Notes under the pieces: generated by a model
What the model was told of the DNA's origin: nothing
The model's input: only the letters and a program-made list of their open reading frames with translations
Databases searched by the model: none
Shown here: in pieces, positions 60,477-64,000 of the stretch
Layout: each line of letters starts with the position of its first letter
Position numbering within the stretch: the first letter of the stretch is position 1
NCBI GenBank assembly: GCA_963701295.1
Contig: OY969585.1
Coordinates: 1,856,001 to 1,920,000, forward strand
Direction of reading: 5' to 3'
Source: Ignavibacteriota bacterium
GTDB taxonomy: Bacteria; Bacteroidota; Ignavibacteria; UBA10030
DNA length: 64,000 nt
Program-made: the position numbers and the translations under genes

Positions 60477-60824
60477 ATGCCACGTTCACAAAATAAAGTC
60501 GCGTCGCATCGTCGGCGCAAGAAACTCTTAGCTTCAGCGAAAGGATATTGGGGCGGCCGAAGTAAAGTTCTCACCGTTGCCAAGCATCACGTTGATAAAG
60601 CCGGGACACATGCCTATCGACATCGCCGTACGAAGAAACGGGAATTTCGCGCTCTCTGGATCGCCCGCATTAATGCTGCCGCACGTATTCATGGCACGAC
60701 ATATTCGAGATTGATTTCATCCATGGAAAAGAAACAAGTAGGGATCAACCGAAAGGTGTTGGCAGATCTTGCTGCGAATCATCAAGCAGCATTTGCCGAA
60801 GTTGTAAAATTTGCGATGGCGTAA
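60477..60824 (+). CDS. rplT: 50S ribosomal protein L20
   Basis: [29 protein letters not shown]. Confidence 0.97.
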   Translation: MPRSQNKVASHRRRKKLLASAKGYWGGRSKVLTVAKHHVDKAGTHAYRHRRTKKREFRALWIARINAAARIHGTTYSRLISSMEKKQVGINRKVLADLAANHQAAFAEVVKFAMA

Positions 60825-60988
60825 TTATAGTCTTCTTATCTCTTTTATCCCGCACGGATTGCTCAGAGCATTTTGTGAGGGATTAAAAATTTGGTAGGAA
60901 GATTTTTTATTTGTTATCTCATTGTCCACATTGAGCAAGTGGGACGATGCTACGGTGTCCTGCTCGTTTTTTGATAGAGATCACTTGT

Positions 60989-61999
60989 ATGCTCGAAAAA
61001 GTTGCACATACGAAACAAGCCTTTATGGAGGAACTTCAGAAAGCAACAACCCTTCAAGATCTTGAACAGACTCGTATTAAGTATCTTGCACGAAGCGGAG
61101 AGATTGCGGCATTGTTCGAGGGGATGAAATCTGCAACTCCTGCTGAGAAACCTGCGTTGGGAAAGACTCTCAATGAACTTCGACAGTATGCCCAAGCACA
61201 GTTCGACGAGAAGAAATTACTTCTCGAACAATCCGCCAAACCGAAAGAAATCCCGTTCGATCTCACACTGCCTGGGCGTTCAAAGCCCATGGGTACAAAA
61301 CATCCCGTTACACAAGTAATGGAAGAGATCAAGCGTATCTTTATGAGCATGGGATTCTCGGTAGAGATCGGACCGGAAATCGAAAGCGATTACTATAATT
61401 TTGAAGCGCTCAATTTTGCTCCTGACCATCCGGCGCGTGATATGCAGGATACGATTTTTATTGCAGATAAAATTTTACTGCGTACTCACACATCACCGGT
61501 CCAGATTCGTGTGATGGAAAAACAGAAACCGCCCGTGCGTGCTATTATGCCCGGCTGGGCATACCGCAACGAAGCTGTCAGTGCTCGGAGCCTCGTAGCC
61601 TTCCATCAGATTGAAGGATTATACGTGGACGAAGGTGTGACATTCAGCGAGTTGAAGGGAACGCTTGTTGCATTCGCGAAGCAATTTTATGGAAGTTCGA
61701 TTAAATATCGATTCCGTCCAAGCTTTTTTCCATTCACCGAGCCGAGCGCTGAAATGGATATTACCTGTTACCTATGCAATGGAAAAGGATGCCGTATTTG
61801 CAAATACTCCGGCTGGCTGGAAGTTCTCGGCTCGGGGATGGTGCATCCTCACGTTTTTCAGGCAGTCGGATATGACGCAGAGAAGTACACCGGTTATGCG
61901 TTTGGTATGGGGATTGAACGTACTGCGTTGCTGCGCTATGGCATTGATGACATTCGCATTCTCTATGAAAATGATGTGCGGTTCTTGAAACAGTTCTAA
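60989..61999 (+). CDS. pheS: Phenylalanine--tRNA ligase alpha subunit
   Basis: HPARDMQDT, LRTHTSPVQ, FPFTEPSAE, AFGMGIER; likely start MLEK at 60989. Confidence 0.97.
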   Translation: MLEKVAHTKQAFMEELQKATTLQDLEQTRIKYLARSGEIAALFEGMKSATPAEKPALGKTLNELRQYAQAQFDEKKLLLEQSAKPKEIPFDLTLPGRSKPMGTKHPVTQVMEEIKRIFMSMGFSVEIGPEIESDYYNFEALNFAPDHPARDMQDTIFIADKILLRTHTSPVQIRVMEKQKPPVRAIMPGWAYRNEAVSARSLVAFHQIEGLYVDEGVTFSELKGTLVAFAKQFYGSSIKYRFRPSFFPFTEPSAEMDITCYLCNGKGCRICKYSGWLEVLGSGMVHPHVFQAVGYDAEKYTGYAFGMGIERTALLRYGIDDIRILYENDVRFLKQF

Positions 62000-62028
62000 T
62001 GGATCGATTTTGAAAACAGGTTTATGGC

Positions 62029-64000
62029 ATGAAAGTCTCCCAAAATTGGTTGAAGCAATATATTAGTTTCAAGTTCACGCCTGAGCAATTCACCGAAAAG
62101 CTCTCCATGCTCGGCCTCGAAGTTGAAAGCTATGAAGACCTTTCCAAAAAGTACGACAAATTTGTGGTCGGTGAAGTGCTGGAACGGGCAAAACATCCTA
62201 ATGCGGATCGTCTTTCGGTGTGCAAAGTAAATGTCGGCGGCATAATGCAGGAAGTTGTTTGCGGTGCCCCAAATGTTGCAGCAAGGCAAAAAGTTGCAGT
62301 CGCACTTGTCGGTGCTGTCATTCCCCACAATCAGTATGATGACGAGGGAAAAGCATTTATTCTCGAGCGTGCAAAGATCCGCGGTGTTGAATCCAATGGC
62401 ATGATTTGTTCAGAAAAGGAACTTGATCTTGGAAAAGATGCAGACGGCATTCTTGTCCTCGATGCGGCAGCAAAGGCCGGGACGCCGCTTGCCAAGTATC
62501 TGGGACAAACCGATATTATCTATGAAATTGGAATTACACCAAATCGATCAGATTGTCTAAGTCACATTGGTGTGGCGCGTGAAATCGGTGTACTGGTCAA
62601 TAAAAAAATTAAGCATCCCAAAGTTATACTCAAAGAAAGTAAAACACCGGCATCAAAATTTGCAAAGATAGAAATCCTTGATAAAAATAAATGCCCGCGA
62701 TACTCAGCACGTGTTCTTCAGAATATCAAAATTGGTCCGTCACCGAAATGGCTGCAGAACATCCTGAGTTCGGTTGGTGTTCGTCCAATCAATAATGTAG
62801 TTGATGTAACGAATTATGTTTTGATGGAAACAGGCCATCCATTGCATGCATTCGATTACGATACACTTTCCGGGCACAAGATTGTTGTTAAAACAGCGCA
62901 AGAAGGTGAGAAGTTTGTAACACTCGATGGAAAAGAACGTACACTCACTTCTGATACGCTCATGATTTGCGATGCCGAACGGCCGATCGCAGTAGCCGGT
63001 GTGATGGGTGGTGCAAATACAGAAATCAGTGACATAACGACAAATATTCTCATCGAGAGTGCATATTTTAATCCCCAAAATATTCGGCGAACTTCAAAAT
63101 ACCTTGCCCTTTCCACTGAAGCATCATACAGATTCGAGCGCGGCGCTGATGTTTATATCACCGTCACAGCCGTCAATCGCGCCGCACAAATGATTCAGGA
63201 ACTTGCAGGTGGCGAATTGCTGAACGGCGTGCTTGATGCATATCCTAAAAAACGAAGACAGATCATCGTGAAAGCGCGTGTTTCAAGAATCAATTCTATT
63301 ATTGGAACTTCGTTTTCTAAAGGGCAGATCATTTCTCTTCTGAAGAAAATCGATCTTGCTGTAAAATCATCTTCCAGAGATGAGCTTCTTGTAATGGTTC
63401 CCAGTTTTCGTAATGATATACTTGAAGAGATTGATGTCATAGAAGAAGTAGCGCGTGTGTATGGTTACAATAATATTGAAACAAAAACTCATGCTGCTAT
63501 CGATTTTTCCTCGAATGTGCGAACGGATGCACTTCAGGATGAAGTTCGGGAGTTCCTTATCGGTTCTGGATTCAATGAAATTCTAGCAATCGGTTTGCAA
63601 GATGAAGCAACAATGTCGCTCGCCGGAAAACCCTTAGTCAAGGCGCTCAATCCTGTCAGCGCAGAAATGGCAGCTTTGCGGACAAGTCTGATAACAAGTG
63701 CGCTTGGCATCGTGAAACACAATCGAAATCACGGTATAAAAGATCTGCGTTTGTTCGAACTGGGCAATATTCATTTACTTATCGATGGAAAAGCACCAAA
63801 TTCGCTTGAAGCATATCAAGAAGAAGAACGGCTTTTGATAGTGATCAGCGGTAATCAAGTGCCTGTAAGCTATGGAAATGTATCCCGCGTTGTTGATGTG
63901 TTAGATATGAAAGGGGAAGTTTCGATATTGCTTTCAAAGTTCTGTCTTGACAACTACCGTTTTATTTATTATGATACGCACGAGGTATTAAGTGAACCGT
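62029..64000 (+). CDS. pheT: Phenylalanine--tRNA ligase beta subunit, 3'-truncated
   Basis: MKVSQNWLK, HPNADRL, VCGAPNV, ITPNRSDCLS, PINNVVDVTNY, RFERG; runs off the window (absent from the ORF track). Confidence 0.96.
   Translation, partial: MKVSQNWLKQYISFKFTPEQFTEKLSMLGLEVESYEDLSKKYDKFVVGEVLERAKHPNADRLSVCKVNVGGIMQEVVCGAPNVAARQKVAVALVGAVIPHNQYDDEGKAFILERAKIRGVESNGMICSEKELDLGKDADGILVLDAAAKAGTPLAKYLGQTDIIYEIGITPNRSDCLSHIGVAREIGVLVNKKIKHPKVILKESKTPASKFAKIEILDKNKCPRYSARVLQNIKIGPSPKWLQNILSSVGVRPINNVVDVTNYVLMETGHPLHAFDYDTLSGHKIVVKTAQEGEKFVTLDGKERTLTSDTLMICDAERPIAVAGVMGGANTEISDITTNILIESAYFNPQNIRRTSKYLALSTEASYRFERGADVYITVTAVNRAAQMIQELAGGELLNGVLDAYPKKRRQIIVKARVSRINSIIGTSFSKGQIISLLKKIDLAVKSSSRDELLVMVPSFRNDILEEIDVIEEVARVYGYNNIETKTHAAIDFSSNVRTDALQDEVREFLIGSGFNEILAIGLQDEATMSLAGKPLVKALNPVSAEMAALRTSLITSALGIVKHNRNHGIKDLRLFELGNIHLLIDGKAPNSLEAYQEEERLLIVISGNQVPVSYGNVSRVVDVLDMKGEVSILLSKFCLDNYRFIYYDTHEVLSEP

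Noticed and set aside
60825-60988. pheM-like leader peptide or attenuator before pheS
   Set aside because: No Phe-rich short ORF with an RBS found; only imperfect hairpins

Overview
Bacterial chromosomal window, probably Ignavibacteriota/Bacteroidota-like (inferred from two proteins with a T9SS-type C-terminal 'QN[FY]PNPFNP[ST]T' domain). Five blocks. (1) 1-16169: sugar-utilisation locus (GH3, GPH-family MFS transporter, GH94 and GH130 phosphorylases, a GH94 remnant, a kinase-less beta-propeller sensor, Na+/solute symporter, galK, galT). (2) 16797-31601: four large PAS/GAF sensors (three paralogous hybrid histidine kinases, one kinase-less sensor), punctuated by REP-like palindromes and flanked by a degenerate direct repeat. 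(3) 31970-38946: lipoprotein, GAF-sigma54 activator, Ser/Thr kinase and TPR-like protein, followed by a consensus sigma54 promoter and a T9SS-secreted Ig/CarboxypepD_reg protein. (4) 39019-53979: about 15 kb of accessory cargo downstream of a minus-strand tRNA-Met, divided by three remnants of the tRNA 3' end into ABC/oxidoreductase, GLUG-T9SS and TetR-RND modules, with no integrase visible; it also holds an attC-like site and an in-frame palindromic insertion. (5) 54239-64000: msrAB, DUF116-like, LysE, tRNA-Val and thrS-infC-rpmI-rplT-pheS-pheT. All calls come from reading motifs by eye; no database searches were run.
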